Part shown: positions 40,325-55,107 of the stretch, in pieces
Position numbering within the stretch: the first letter of the stretch is position 1
How the letters are laid out: every line of letters begins with the position of its first letter
NCBI RefSeq assembly: GCF_006345805.1
Contig: NC_043004.1
Location: 67,208,001 to 67,272,000, forward strand
Reading direction: 5' to 3'
Source: Octopus sinensis
Taxonomy: Eukaryota
Length of the DNA stretch: 64,000 bases
Notes under the pieces: model-generated
Database searches by the model: none
What the model saw: only the letters and a program-made list of their open reading frames with translations
What the model was told of the DNA's origin: nothing
Translations under genes and position numbers: made by a program

Positions 40325-40468
40325 CCTCTCTGTGCGTAACTGGTACTTATCTAATCGATTCCGAAAGAATGAAAGGCAAAGTTGACACCCGTGGAATTTG
40401 AACTCAGAACGTAGCGGCAGGGGAAATACCGCTAAGCTTTTGACCCGGTGCGCTAACGATTACGACAG
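40325..40468 (-). mobile_element. SINE family A, partial
   Basis: Reverse complement of the head, B box and body. Confidence 0.8.
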
Positions 40469-40542
40469 GAATAGTGGGGGAAATTCATAGCCATGTATTG
40501 AGAGGAATCCGTTGCGACTGTGAGTAATCGACCTCTGGAAGC
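40469..40542. mobile_element. Degraded fragment homologous to 54823-54896, opposite orientation
   Basis: Reverse complement gcttccagaggtcgatt...cctctcaatacatggctatg...cccccacta aligns with gtttccagaggtgaatt...cctctcaacacacggctatg...cccccacta. Confidence 0.65.
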
Positions 40543-40994
40543 TCGATGTTTCCCCCGACCTGGTAGTCGAGTGAAATTTGGCTGTCTAATAGCGCAAATC
40601 AGTCAATGTCGTTTACTGTTTTAGTTACATATATCACTTTAAATCTGTCCAGCGTTATCTCTCTTCGCTATCTTCCATTGATTTCGGCTCAAAAGTTAGA
40701 CACGCAGCTTCTGGGAATCGGAAAGAAGACAGCAGAGGAGAGATGGGTATTCTTTACGCCTTTTACCATAAGACACAATATTTTTCCCCACTGCATTAGC
40801 AATGAAATTGCGTTTAAAATTTGAAATATGATATAAATATATTTTAACTAAACAAAAGTTACCTTATGCCGAAAGACTGCTTGGCGATGATACCGACGAG
40901 TATATGTATATGTGTGTGTGTGTGTGTGTGCGCGTGTGTAATTTTGTATCTTTGTGTGTCTACCATTTACTCTGGCTTTGTCAGCCACAAACGA

Positions 40995-41170
40995 TGGGCA
41001 ACCTGTTCTTATGTATTTACGTCCGCGTTAGCTAAAAGCTCGACAAAAATGAGTGATAGACTAAGTGTCAGGCAGAAGAGAAAACAACAAATACAGGGGT
41101 CGCTACGTTCGACTAAGAATTCTTGAAGACTGTTTCGGTCTAATGACTGAAACAAGCAGCAGATTAAAGA
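40995..41170 (+). mobile_element. SINE family B, strongly degraded 3' half
   Basis: ggggtcgct...cgactaa...aatgactgaaacaag tail. Confidence 0.45.
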
Positions 41171-41188
41171 TAAGATACATACCTACGC

Positions 41189-41261
<73 letters not shown>

Positions 41262-41865
41262 CAGCAAAAGTTTAGATTCAAATGAATATGGTACTTAATT
41301 TAGATGCACCAGAATTCTTTATGGTGTTATCCATAAAAATCCGTGGGGTGATTCTAATGAAAATAAGCAACAAGAATGACTCCGTTAATTTGGTACGATC
41401 ATTTCGTACTACATCATTTTATTAAATGTTGTAAGTATTACATCAGTTTTAAAATGCTGAGCACTCATCAGCCAATTATAGAGGTTTTCCATTAATACAA
41501 AAAAATTCATATCAAGTGGCAACATTATAGAGAAGGTAGATACATAGACAAAGATGTGGATTTAAATTTTAAGAGAATTTGAGGTAGTGGAGCCCACCAG
41601 CTGACTGACTAAGATTCAGTTGTTCCAGATTACTGTAAGGTTCTGAGAGGGAAGAACAAATGAAAGGAGACAATAAAGATTTTCTAATTATAGAAATGGG
41701 GTAAAGGGGATGTCATAGCTCCTTATAAGGAAGTATGTGCAAGACAACATTGTCACAACTAAATGCCAATTACTACTATTTGATGAACAGATTCGGCGTT
41801 AATAAAATGATGTAGTACGAAACGATCGTACCAAATTAGCGGAGTCATTCTTGTTGCTTATTTTG

Positions 41866-41906
<41 letters not shown>

Positions 41907-43402
41907 AGCCTATATATACGAATCAAGGAAGTGTTAGTTGTTGGGTGGTTGTTAAAGTAACACAACAAAATCAAATATCTAAGAATGGACAATGCAGAAA
42001 TATGAAAACAAATTGGAGGGTATAGAAAAACAATTATAGAAAGGGAATAGAGAAATATTGTGCTAAGACATAAATCGTAAGTATAAGCTGTCTCGAATAT
42101 TATTCTGCCATTAAGTAACAGATAATGTTTTTTAGAGATCACACGTGAACGTAAACAAAGAAATGAAAAAGAAAAAAAAAACAATTACAGGAAATTATTT
42201 TCGATATCTGTTTCATAACGTGTCGGAAATAGTCGATTCCTGAGAGAGAGAGAGAGAACGAGAGAGGGAGAGAGAGAGAGAGCAAGTGAAAAAGAGTAAG
42301 AGAGGGTGAGGGAGAAAGAGGAGTGCTAATTATAGTCATGTATATGAATAGTTAATAGCCAGTGGCACAATACACAAAGACAATTTGCTACTGACCGTGT
42401 TCGAAAAATGAATAACGCACTCAGGTTACATATAATGTAAATCGTAGACAATTGGATATCGTGTACTGAACTGCACTGAATAAACTTAACGCTAATAATA
42501 CGATTATAGTATTGATAAAACTGCTCGTATCTGCGAACGCTTATGTTTGCGTTTTGGTTTATATACATACATAGATACATACATACATACTCATATAAAA
42601 ACATACAAGCAATGCTTGTGTGAGTATTTGTTGCCCTATGTAAGTATATATGTGTATGTGGAGGTTTCTTTTGGTGTATTTGTTTTAGAGTTTTATGTCA
42701 CGAAATACTTAATAATCCCGGTTGTCACAGATGTTATATCCTAATAAATGACTCCTAAATTGTGATTCCTTGATGCGAGTAGGTGTAGGCCAGTGTCGAC
42801 TAATTATCGACGTACAAAAGATAGCTACTTTAACAAGTTAGAATTAAATCTTTGCTTGGCTAAGATTAGCAAGAAATTACTGGAGGTAAACAGGCATTGT
42901 GCAGGTTTGTTTGAAGCTCGTTCTGTAATAATAGAATTGACATGAAAATAAATCTTAATAGCAAGAACAAAGAAAATAATTAAATATATTGCTCGACAAT
43001 TCGATACACGACTATAGAATATGGGATGCTTATTTTGATTGAAGAATATCCGTTATTCGATTGCGGTAGTGACGAATATGTAAGGAAATAGAACTGGAGA
43101 GGAGCAATTATATTCATGATGACCAGTGACAAGGCACTGTCTATGTATTTGGTTCTTAATCTCTCTCCACTAAATGCATACAAACAGATAGACATGGAAT
43201 GCGTAACATACGGTACAAGCACACTAAAGGGCACGCGAATCGAGTCATACACATACATATACATACATACACATACATACATATATATCTGTGTGTGTAT
43301 GTGCGTGGGTGTGCGTCTGTGTGCATATTTATTCACACACACACATATATATATATATGTATATGTATGCATATATATATATGTGTGTGTGTATTTATAC
43401 AT

Positions 43403-43443
<41 letters not shown>

Positions 43444-43448
43444 ATATA

Positions 43449-43529
<81 letters not shown>

Positions 43530-43999
43530 CATACATACATATACATATATATATATGTGTGTGTGTGTGTATTTATACATACATATATATATATATATAT
43601 ATACATATACTTATACATATACATATACATATATATATGTATATATAAATATATATTTGCGCAGATAATGTGTGCCCTACTGGAGGCAGTTCTACGACCA
43701 CCCACTCTGAAATCCCAAGCCTATAGAGTCTTATACAACATACTCAAATTGCCACCTTCATAAATGTGATATCTGACGCTGACCAAACATTCGCCCACAC
43801 AAAGAACCTTCGCTAGTGAGTGCTACAGAAATAAAATCTGAGATAAGTTTTGTTTGTTTGTTTTTGCGTTAACTGACTTCATTCGTCTGAATTATCTATA
43901 TGCGTAGTAGCTCTTTCTCCAGAGTAACATTCTCGCGTCTTCTTCCATGCAAGCAATTAATAGCTTTTAAATGCAAACCACGTAAAATCATTCTTGTGA

Positions 44000-44760
44000 A
44001 TTCTTGTGGATTCTTGTGAATGAGATGTGTCGCCCAAACGATATACACAGGAGACCAAAGTCTGTTTACGGAAATTGACGCCATTGTACAGATGGAAATT
44101 AAAAGAAAGGAAAACTGCCATCGTTCAAAAGTCAAGCACACACATTACCAGCGTGTGTACGCATTGCTTCGCACAGACCTATGAGTCTGTGGGCGTGCTG
44201 CACAGATGAACTCTGTTCAAAATTCTTGACAGGAGATACTGGAAGAATTTCGGCATGGAGATGTTGTTGCAAAGACGATAAACTGGCGGCTGACAATGAG
44301 TTTGATGTAGAGAACGATAATAGTCTGCTGTTGTTTCCTGGAACATCTTGTAGCGGATGAAGAGTGACAGAATGAAAGAGAATGGATTTTGTGATTCGGA
44401 AACGAAGGTTTTGTCCGCTGAATAGTGTTGATTCTCTCTTGCGGGAACTAAGAGGTTCAAAACTGAGTGATAATTGCAGGATGACATGGAAATTACTTGA
44501 AGTGACAAGCCCTACATTCACGATGATTTCTTGGCATGTGTTTGTACTATGAACAGCAATTGGTGTTTTACAGCATACGTTACAGCAAGATATTAAAAGG
44601 AAAGGACAGGAGTAGAATCTGAAAACACTCAAATGCGTGACCATACAAAACATGGCGGCAAATAAGAGGATCTGAAATTTGCACAGGTGATTTGAACCCA
44701 ATCCACTTCACAGACAGGACTTGCTGCCTTTCGACTTTCTCTTGATCGGACTAATGAAGA
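44000..44760 (+). mobile_element. Old mariner transposase relic
   Basis: FLEHLVADE (FL.RIVTGDE-like), CTMNS, VLQHTLQQDIKRK, NPLHRQDLLPFDFLLIGLMK (HPPYSPDLAPSDFHLF-like). Confidence 0.55.
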
Positions 44761-45046
44761 ATTATTAATCATAAGAAAACAAGGGAAACAAGGAAAACAA
44801 GGATTTGATGACAGAGACGAGTTGTGAGTGACTGTAAGAAAGTGGCTACAGATGTGTATAATGGTAATTCGTTACATTATTTACTGAGAACTATCAAAAT
44901 TGTAAATTTATTCATAATTGTCTACTTTTCTCTTATGAAAAACTTGTTTGATTGCATGTTTTGACCACTGGTATATGCATAAATAATTCTTCCTAATGTA
45001 CTTTTACATTCCCCATTTTATTATTATTATTATGATTATTGTTATT

Positions 45047-45094
<48 letters not shown>

Positions 45095-45096
<2 letters not shown>

Positions 45097-45247
45097 GTGG
45101 TCTTCTTTCAGTTTCCGTCTATCAAATTCACTCGCAAGGCTTTGGTCGGCCCGACGCTATAGTTGCAGACACTTACCCAAGGTTCCACTCAGTGGGACTG
45201 ACCCAGAAACCTTGTAGTTTGGAAGCAATCTTCTTACCACACAACCG
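45095..45247 (-). mobile_element. SINE family B, 5' half
   Basis: Reverse complement of the head and CORE-like region; ends in (TA)n. Confidence 0.85.
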
Positions 45248-45613
45248 CGGACAAATTTCGTTTGGAGAAATGGTGTACACCGCCCTCTCTGGATTGAGCA
45301 AACATTGTACCTCTGTCTGCTGACTCATACTACAACAGTCAGCTTTGATATGGCTTTGTTTTCAAAATGTCTTTTCTTTTTCCTTCTTCGTTCTTTTATC
45401 TTTGCATCCACCATTTCATTTTGTTTCCCGTGATTTACCTTGTTCTAGCGCCCTGAATTGCAAATTGTACAAGCCATTTGTTCAAAGCCTAATCATTACT
45501 AAGAGAACCAAGGCGTTTTATTAAAATTTACCTGGACTACATCTCCACCTCATGAACCTATTAGTGTCTTGTAAGTTTATAGTTTGCACAGTAAATGAAT
45601 TTATATATGCATC

Positions 45614-45644
<31 letters not shown>

Positions 45645-45678
45645 TATATATATATTACATATATATATATACACACCA

Positions 45679-45713
<35 letters not shown>

Positions 45714-45846
45714 CACACATATATATACAAACATACGTAGATATATACATATACATATATGTATGTTTCTATGTATGTATATGCATTCAGTGATACCTAC
45801 AAATGCACACACATAAAGATACATACACACATACATGCATACATAC

Positions 45847-45973
<127 letters not shown>

Positions 45974-46037
45974 ATTATATATATATATATATATACATAA
46001 ATATGCATACGTTTCAATACACATAAAAGAAGTATCT

Positions 46038-46080
<43 letters not shown>

Positions 46081-47085
46081 GTGTATGTGTGTGTGTCTGC
46101 GTGTAGGTGTGGTAGTGGTGTGGTCTCTCAGCCTAACGTTTCAACAGAGCATAAATATAATGAAAAGTCAAAAAGGAAATGAATTGAAAAATTTACACGA
46201 TATATGCGACTACCATATGATATAATTAGCGATCATTCAATAATTTTGAATCTTGAAGATTATTGAACTGATGAAAATCTATCTCGTATCTGTCTCAGAA
46301 TTAATAAATAAATAAATAAATAAATAAATGAACAAATTAATATATAAATAAAACCAAAAGCAGCAGAAAGTGTAACTTTAATTATTATTTAGATTCAAAC
46401 GTTCGATCATTCGGGTCAACGGAATTGTATTATAGACATGTATCGTGATATGAAGCGACATATAATTGTCATATTGTCTCTTCATGTCTTGGCGTTTTGA
46501 GACATAGAAGTTTTACGACTTTTATAAGTGATTGCTAATGCTTAATTCTAATTGGTTTCACGCTAAGTTGAAGATGGAGGTTGGTTGAACGCTGGTCTGT
46601 TTTAATATTCCAATATTTTAATGTGTTTTTAACAGTTGCAAAAAAATGTAATTTTCTAAATTGAATTTGCAATTCAAGTTGCCTATTTGCAATAACATTT
46701 ATCAAAGAAAATATCAAAAATTTTCTTTTTTTCTTGTTACTTCCATATGCATATATAAATAAATACATACACACACATGCATACCGACATTGTAAACTAT
46801 GCACGCTTATGTATATGCATGCGTACATACATATATATATATATGTACATATGTACGCATATATGTGAATACATATATATATATACATATGTACGCATGT
46901 ATGTGAATATATATGTGTGTATTATATATAGAAAATTTTTGTGAATGTATATATGTGCATATATTTAATAAATATATTATCTCAGCATTTAATCATACAG
47001 GCAATCATACACAGCAATCATACACACATGTCTGTGTGTGAGTGAGTGTATGCATGTATGTATGTATGTATGTATGTATGTATTT

Positions 47086-47283
47086 GTGTGTCTGTGTTTG
47101 TCCCCCCATTATAGCCTGACAACCGATGTTGGTGTGCTTATATCCCGTAACATAGCCGTTCTGCAAAAGATACCGATAGAATATGTACAAGGCTTACAAA
47201 GAATAAGACCTGTTTTCGATTTATTCGGCTAACGGGCTCTGTCTCAGCATAGCCGCAGTCAAATGACTGAAACAAGTAAAAGA
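47086..47283 (+). mobile_element. SINE family B, 3' half
   Basis: Matches 24110-24250. Confidence 0.85.
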
Positions 47284-47300
47284 TTATGCATACACTGCAT

Positions 47301-47368
<68 letters not shown>

Positions 47369-48455
47369 GTAGAAACACACATATAAATGTAAGAGCAATG
47401 TTATCGAAAATTAGAAACAATGGCACATATCTCTATTCATACCTTCTGAATGGTATTTTCGACTGTAACTACACGCTTAACAGGATTCCTCTAGCTTCAG
47501 TTTAGAAGTAGATTTGGGGAAATTTCTCATAGGAAACGCTAAGTCATAGTGATAACAAAAACATTCTGAAAACGAGACGGGCGACATTGCATATATGAAC
47601 AAGGACAGAAAAATCGTAATCCAGTGTATACGAAGTTACGACAATAGGTATCGTATGACACAATTTTTTAATCTAGTGGCGTAACGAAAGCAATGTAGGA
47701 AGAAAGTTGATTTTCTTGCTGAAAGAAATTCAAACATAAATACCGGTTAAAATGCCAAAGAATATTTGGGAGAGATTGCATGCATTTCTGAAATAAGATG
47801 ACAGCTACGAAAGAGCCAAGACAAAAACAAAAAGTAACAACAAATCCAAAAGAGAAACGAAAGACGATGGAATAGCACAGTTTTCTAACCAAGAGATGTG
47901 AGAACATGACAGCTTCAGATAACTTAATGTATAGCTTATTTCATGCCTGACTAGAAAAGCCGTAGGAAATCGAGAATCGGAAACATATTAAGAGATAGAA
48001 ACGAATGACATACAAAGAAAAGGTAGAAGACTAAATGAGAGAAAGCACATGTATTCATATCTATCTATCTCACTCACTCTCTCTGTCTGTCTGTATGTCT
48101 GTCTCTCTCTCTCTCTCTCTTTCTCTCTTTTATATATATATATATATACTCTTCCTATGTACTCTCCTGTTCGACTTTTGGACTTTACTCATAGGACATT
48201 GGAATATTGCATATATATCATTATGCCTAACAAATGGATTCACAACTTCAATACTCCTACATATCTTGCATCTATTTTCCTTCCTTCACCTTACTCTCCA
48301 TTTTGTATCGCATCTAAACTAACTATGACAACTATCCTCTCAAACCGTCTCCGGTGAAGGGTTATAATCAATAAATATCCTAGAAACAGCTGTAGACTTA
48401 TCAAGCTCTAATATCTATACACACTTGGTTTTTTTATCTTATTACGCAAAAAATT

Positions 48456-48490
<35 letters not shown>

Positions 48491-48924
48491 CAATATTATT
48501 TTTTAGGGAATAAAAATTCCGGCATAACAGAAGTTCAAATTATTGTCAATGAAGAAATATATTTTAATTTACAGATAGTAGGCCCCTACATCTCACCATA
48601 TAAAAGATAATTTTTATTTTTATTTTAAATACATATATATATTATGAGAATAATGCAGAGAAAGAGAGGCTGGAAGGGGACTGTCTGCAATGGAGACCTC
48701 ATTAACTTGGTCGGCTCTACTCAAGATGACGTATTTGGGATCAGTACATTGGGATAAACCAAGCCTCATCAAGCAAGGGATGGACGCCCTATGAACGCTC
48801 CGTTTGGTTTGAGGATAAAATTCCGGCTTAAACTGCAACTAAAATTATGATTCTAAAACTTCCTGTTGTAGACAGCTACAAGTGGGTTCTCCTTGAGCGG
48901 TTTCATGTGTTACGCAATGATCAG

Positions 48925-48993
<69 letters not shown>

Positions 48994-48994
48994 A

Positions 48995-49045
<51 letters not shown>
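48925..49045. repeat. (GTA)n microsatellite
   Basis: Directly visible. Confidence 0.95.
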
Positions 49046-49049
<4 letters not shown>

Positions 49050-49461
49050 GCCAGTCGAGATCCACAATTGTGAACTGTAGTGAAATGGTTGGATTTATCC
49101 TTTAAACACCTTCCGATGGACTTCAGTATACATAATCTTACGAACTGTACTTTGATCAATCAGTATGTGGCTTAGTTGTCTCAGAGTTTGGTGAGCGCAC
49201 CAACTAAGTTCCAACTAAGCTCAAAACGTGGGTTAGATCCAAGAGTTTTGTGAATGCGTCAAATTGGATACAAGTTACCCTCCTTTTTCCATTGAAGTCT
49301 ATTGCTACTCTTCTTACAGTTTGCCAGAAATTTTACGGCGGTGCATCAGCATGACCGCAGCTACTAGCTGAGACTACGGAAAAAAAATTCAATTGGGTCA
49401 ATGTTGCTATGGTTACTACTACTACCATCATCGCCATCACGTTCATTAATATTGTCTTCAG

Positions 49462-49496
<35 letters not shown>

Positions 49497-49497
<1 letters not shown>

Positions 49498-49862
49498 GAG
49501 CAAAACACACCCCGTCCAATGGACGGCGCTGAGTTGTCAAACAACTTAACAAAATTTACTCAAAACTACATGTCCAACCGTCGCATACCCCCCCCCCCTT
49601 TCGAGAAACACTGATTTAGCCTAAATTTGAGACACGGCAAAAGAAGGCATAAAGATAGACATCTTTTCTATTCCAAAGAAAAACGATTTTATTCACTTTA
49701 TCGATCACATTCTCACCTGGAATCGATTTTTGTTATATTTACAAAACTTATACACGCCTTGATACCGTCGGTATGTACATATCAAATTTGGGCGCAACCG
49801 GATGGAGGATGCCCGAGATCCTAGAAGACACACACACACAGAACGGATTTTATATAATATAT
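49497..49862 (-). mobile_element. Short non-autonomous Helitron-like element
   Basis: Subterminal hairpin ccgtcc-att-ggacgg near a degenerate 3' end (CTCG|T), a.tagcaaa..cacccg similarity to 13009-13030, subterminal (CA)n and AT-rich 5' end. Confidence 0.5.
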
Positions 49863-50078
49863 TAGGAAGTTGAATATTATGATCGTCATAGAGTGACCAT
49901 TGGTTTCGCGCCTATAAAGTGACAGATCATACTCAAAAGGCGGAAGTCAAACAACCTTCAACCATTTGAGTCTGACGAATCGCTAATCGTTTTGTAAGTG
50001 AGGAAGCAATGGTTCTTCTTTTTTCGGATACCTAAATTACTGACATATGTATGTATACACGCGCGCACACACACACAG

Positions 50079-50128
<50 letters not shown>

Positions 50129-50297
50129 CACACACACACACACACATGTAGTGATAGAATAGGCTCCCGATATTTTCTGAGAAATCTGTGGGCAAAGCCG
50201 TTCTTCTTGGCGAAAGATGTTTTAATGTTAAGCTTACTTATAATCGCCGATTATCTTGAAAAACCGGTCGTTGGAACCTACTTTTATAGTCGACAGA

Positions 50298-50512
50298 CTT
50301 ACTCTTCCATTCCTTTACATGTTTCAGTCATTTGACTGTGGCAATGCTGGAGCATTGCCTTTAGTCGAGCAAATCTTATTCTTTGTAAGCCTGGTACTGA
50401 TTCTATCAGTCTCTTTTGCCGAACCGGTAAGTTACGGAGACATAAACACACCATCATCGGTTGTCGGGTTATGTTGGGGGGACAAACACAGACACACAAA
50501 CATATACGCACA

Positions 50513-50577
<65 letters not shown>

Positions 50578-50757
50578 CATATATACATACATATATACGA
50601 AGGGCTTTTTTCAGTTTCCCTTTAATACATCCACTCATAAGTCTTTGGTCTGCCCGAGGCTACAGTAGAAGACATTTGCCCAAAGTGCCACGCAGTGGGA
50701 CTGAACCCGGAACCATGTGGCTTGCAAGCAAGCAACTTGCCACACAATCACTCCTGT
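50298..50757 (-). mobile_element. SINE family B, full length, internal (CA)/(TA) microsatellite
   Basis: Reverse complement of 23833-24257. Confidence 0.9.
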
Positions 50758-51994
50758 AAAATTACCATACAAGCTTTCCTCGCTAAAACACAGTCTCGTC
50801 CAGATACCCTGCTGGTGCTGTTTAATTTCTTGAACAGATTCGTGTTGTATAACGTCCTATGGTGGTCGATGCGTTCAATGAAAACGCATAACCATTCACT
50901 TGTAAATATGAAAGTAAGCCAGAGCAATTTGTCTCAGTTTGAAACGGTTATCAGGTAGCATGATGAGGCAATCAAAATCGCAATTATGTATATTTATAAA
51001 GATACACACACGCACACACACATATATATAATTATAGTTGAGGGTATATAAGAGATACCACCACACTGGAAATAACAGCCAAAACTTGACTCTAAAACCA
51101 CATTAAATGTTCATACAGCACCAGGAGAGAAGACAGGAAGATGAAATAAACCATGAAAAAAATGCTGGATAATTCCAGATCCCGGATTTCTGACGCTGCT
51201 TTAGAAATGCTTTGCCTTTGAAAGCTTTTATTCCTATGCTGAGAACTTGATACGATCGATATCTAAATAACGATCATATCCTTATTTATGTATATATATA
51301 TATGTGTGTGTGTATGTTTGTGTGTGTGTGTACATATACTTATATAAATACTTATATATTTACATATGCATAAGATATATCATGTGTATGCGTGTTTGTG
51401 TGTGTGCGTATGTATATGCACGCGCGCGTATACGAAGCATGCTTTCTTCATACTTGTGTTGAGAAACAGATATGTATGGAAAACCATGCAGGCAGGTTTA
51501 GAAAAATCTGTGTGTATTTAACCTGTGCGTGTGTGTGTGTTTTGTGACCACGTCATGCTATATTGCATTTCTGAATTTCTCTATCTGTGCTTACATGGAC
51601 TTGCATATGCAGAACACAGAACACAGCATAATATCTACAATTCAATGTAGAAATTACAAAATTAATGGGGATATGGTCTATACAAATTGATCACCTGCTG
51701 ATACTTTATCTAAGGACGCAACCGGTTTCAAATACTTTCACGTTAGAGATGAGAAACGTAGGTATCAGCAGGTGAACAGCAGGGTGGATATAGTGTCTCC
51801 AAGTAAGTCATTGAGCCACAGAACAAATAACTAAACCAACAATTGAGGATATCAGTTACCGTAGCAGCTGCGTGAGTATAGAGAAAATTTATCGCAATTA
51901 TCATGAATGTATGCATCAAACACACACTGTTCTCTTTTAATGAAATGTCTTTCAATCAATATTTCTATTAAAGTAAATAATAATAATAATAATA

Positions 51995-52027
<33 letters not shown>

Positions 52028-52085
52028 TATAATAATAATATAATAATAATAATATAATAATAATAATAATATAATAATAATAATG

Positions 52086-52122
<37 letters not shown>

Positions 52123-52126
52123 GATA

Positions 52127-52492
52127 ATACTCATTTATTCTTTTACTTGTTTCAGTCATTTGATTGCACACATGCTGAAGCACCGCCTTTGTAGTCGAGC
52201 AAATCGACCCCAGGACTTATCCGTTGTAAGCCTAGTACTTATTCTATTGTGCTCATTTGCCGAACCGCTACGTTACGTGTACGTAAACACACCACCACCG
52301 GTTGCCCATAGATGGGGGGGGGCACAAACACACAGACATACACACACACACACACACATACAAATATATACATATATACGACGGGCTTCTTTCAGTTTCC
52401 GTCTACCAAATCCACTCACAAGATTTTAGTTGGCCCGTTGCTATAGTAGAAGACACCTGTCCTAGCTACTTACCTCACAGCCATTCCTGCGC
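52127..52492 (-). mobile_element. SINE family B with a deletion in the head, inside (AAT)n
   Basis: Family B match lacking the B-box segment; (AAT)n at 51975-52120 and 52500-52830. Confidence 0.9.
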
Positions 52493-52510
52493 CTTTAAAT
52501 GATGATGATG

Positions 52511-52597
<87 letters not shown>

Positions 52598-52699
52598 TAA
52601 TAATAATAATAATGATAATAATAATAATAATAATAATAATATATAATAATAATAATATATAATAATAATAATAATGTAATAATAATATTGATGATGATG

Positions 52700-52733
<34 letters not shown>

Positions 52734-53350
52734 TAATAATAATAATAATGATAATAATAATAATAAATAATAATAATAATAATGTAATAATAATATTGAT
52801 GATGATGATAACACAACAATAATAATATATTAATAACAATATATTTTAGTCGGTTGTCAGGTGATGTAAGATTGATGGATAAAAATTACTAAATGAATAT
52901 TTTTTTTGACATCAAAATATAGAGGCTATTAATCATTGAAACAGTTTATTGTAATTCATCATAAATATGTCGGATATTTACTTCCAGTGAAATATTTTTA
53001 CTCCGCGATGGATTACAAAGTAATGTCTGGAATTCGAAAGCAATAAGATAACCCGACCCGGTGTGTTATGGTTACTCTCATTAGGCATCACATAAAAGAG
53101 CCAATGGATGCCAGCGTAAGAAAGTATATATGATTGCCGTATTTGCTATAAATAACAGCGAAATTCCGCTTAAAAAGGGAAATTTCATGTTGGATAAATA
53201 TATTGTTAGGAAACATCTGAACCGTAATTGTAATTAAGCCTCCTCGAAACTTTAAACAATTGCCTCAGGTGTGTAATACATTTATGTAAACCGCCAGAAG
53301 TACTGCGTTGTTGCATGGAAACCTCTGCACGCAATGATAATAATGATGAT

Positions 53351-53570
53351 GGTCTTAAATTTTGGTATAAGACAATAAATTATTAAAGGGTGGTCTTAGT
53401 GGATTGAATTCACACCAGTGCTCAGCGGGTATGAAATTCAGTGGCGTGAACATGAGGAAAGGAATAGTTGACATCACCGAAACTTGAACACACAACGTAA
53501 AAAGCCGAAATAATTTTCGTGAAGCATTTTGCCGATACTTTAAAAAAATCTACAAATCTGCCTGCTCACC
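53351..53570 (-). mobile_element. SINE family A, strongly degraded
   Basis: ccagtgctcagcgggta...aaggaatagttgacatcacc...ttgaacacacaacgta...aagcatttt. Confidence 0.45.
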
Positions 53571-53960
53571 ACCCTATATTGGTTACTAATTTAGGCACAA
53601 GGACTGTAACTCTGAGGAATTAAGCGCAGGTCATAAGGACGGGTGAAATGACACGAAACATTAGAACCATTACGCACGGCGGGGTACCCGTTTTCCAATC
53701 TATTCGCCTTGTTTCCCCACACTATATGAGGTGAGTGCTGAAAATGTGTTGGCTTTAAGGCCCAACACTTCGGATTCTTTTACGGACTTTGGAAAAACTG
53801 ATGTCCCACTGCAATAGATGTGTGAATCTGGGATGGGGATATGTGGAATAAAATCATAATTAACTGATGCACACATTAGTTTATTTTTACCCAAAGCCAG
53901 GAACTATGCAACACCCCATCGTATTACAGTTCTATATTTAAGAGATGAACGATTATAAAC

Positions 53961-54103
53961 ATTATTTACATCATTTACATTATTTACATTTGTCCTCATC
54001 TTGTTTGATGTTAATACAACGTTTCGGCTGATATATCCCCCAGCATTCAGGAGGTGCCTTGGGGGATTTTCGAACCTGGGTTCTTATTCCTAAGGTTTTT
54101 TGA

Positions 54104-54105
<2 letters not shown>
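53961..54105 (-). mobile_element. Retroelement tail with degenerate hammerhead motif and three (GTAAATAAT)-like end repeats
   Basis: Minus: ...CAC-CTCCTGA-A-TGCTG-GGGGATATAT-CAGCC-GAAA-CGTT-GTA..., then three 9-mer repeats at 53961-53987. Confidence 0.55.
54015..54056 (-). ncRNA. Degenerate minimal hammerhead-like motif
   Basis: Two substitutions from CTGATGA; GCTG/CAGC helix II; GAAA; palindromic ACGT helix III. Confidence 0.4.
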
Positions 54106-54136
<31 letters not shown>

Positions 54137-54144
54137 CATCATCA

Positions 54145-54223
<79 letters not shown>

Positions 54224-54227
54224 GTAG

Positions 54228-54268
54228 TGAACGATATTTCGGCATCTTTTGTGTCTTCAACTGGTTCA
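54228..54268 (-). ncRNA. Degenerate minimal hammerhead-like motif
   Basis: TGAAC-CAGTTGA-A-GACACAAAAGATGCC-GAAA-TATC-GTTCA: perfect 5-bp helix I, core two substitutions from CTGATGA, palindromic ATAT helix III. Confidence 0.35.
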
Positions 54269-54440
54269 AAAAATAATTTTGCCAATCCACTTCATTCTGG
54301 TTAATATATAAAGGATTGAGGCAAATCGTCCTGATGTCGAAATATCGTTCGCTAGATAACAATGGCATTCTGCTTTCAATTTTGACTCTATATCTTCAGG
54401 AGGAGTTACCTCAATCCTTTCGATATTATTATTGTTATTA

Positions 54441-54511
<71 letters not shown>

Positions 54512-54514
54512 GTT

Positions 54515-54549
<35 letters not shown>

Positions 54550-54553
54550 TATT

Positions 54554-55107
54554 GAGTGAGAGAGCAGTTCACGCCATCAAAGTGACACTGGGGTAAAATA
54601 TACGAAGCCCAATATACCCATCATGACTACCCGTCTGATAAGGGTACACCAAGCACATGCATCACAACCATATGTGCGCGACATGGTAATCTCATATCAA
54701 GATAAACAGCACATGACCTTGCAGGTGGGGCCCAGTTAGAATTTTCTTCAGGTTGAGTAGCCCCTCCCGCTCAAAAGGTCCCTGAATAAGGGTTGTTTAA
54801 GGATGTTGAAAGAACCACCCATGTTTCCAGAGGTGAATTATTCAAACCCCAAAGAATCCCTCTCAACACACGGCTATGATGCTCCCCCACTACTTCTGCT
54901 CGTGATCAGAGATGCACATATCGTCAGCCACTAAGGGATGTGCTCAACTGGTTAAGGTCACGCAATTGACAAGGAAATATGTGGTATTGAGCAGAATATT
55001 TGCTGTAGCCCATCTTTTATACCAAGACAGAACAATGTACATGATAACACTTCCAATCAGTTAAGATCAGAAGCCATGAGAGCCACTGCCTGGTACTGCA
55101 TCAGGGC

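Noticed and set aside
45449-45570. Plus-strand exon candidate with long polypyrimidine tract and GTAAGT donor
   Set aside because: Stops in all three frames from that acceptor; could only be non-coding.
48872-48924. Plus-strand exon candidate (SYKWVLLERFHVLRNDQ)
   Set aside because: The apparent donor is simply the start of a (GTA)n microsatellite.
50960-50990. ATGATGAGGCAATCAAAATCGC as a hammerhead relic
   Set aside because: Core incomplete and no closing helix II or GAAA.
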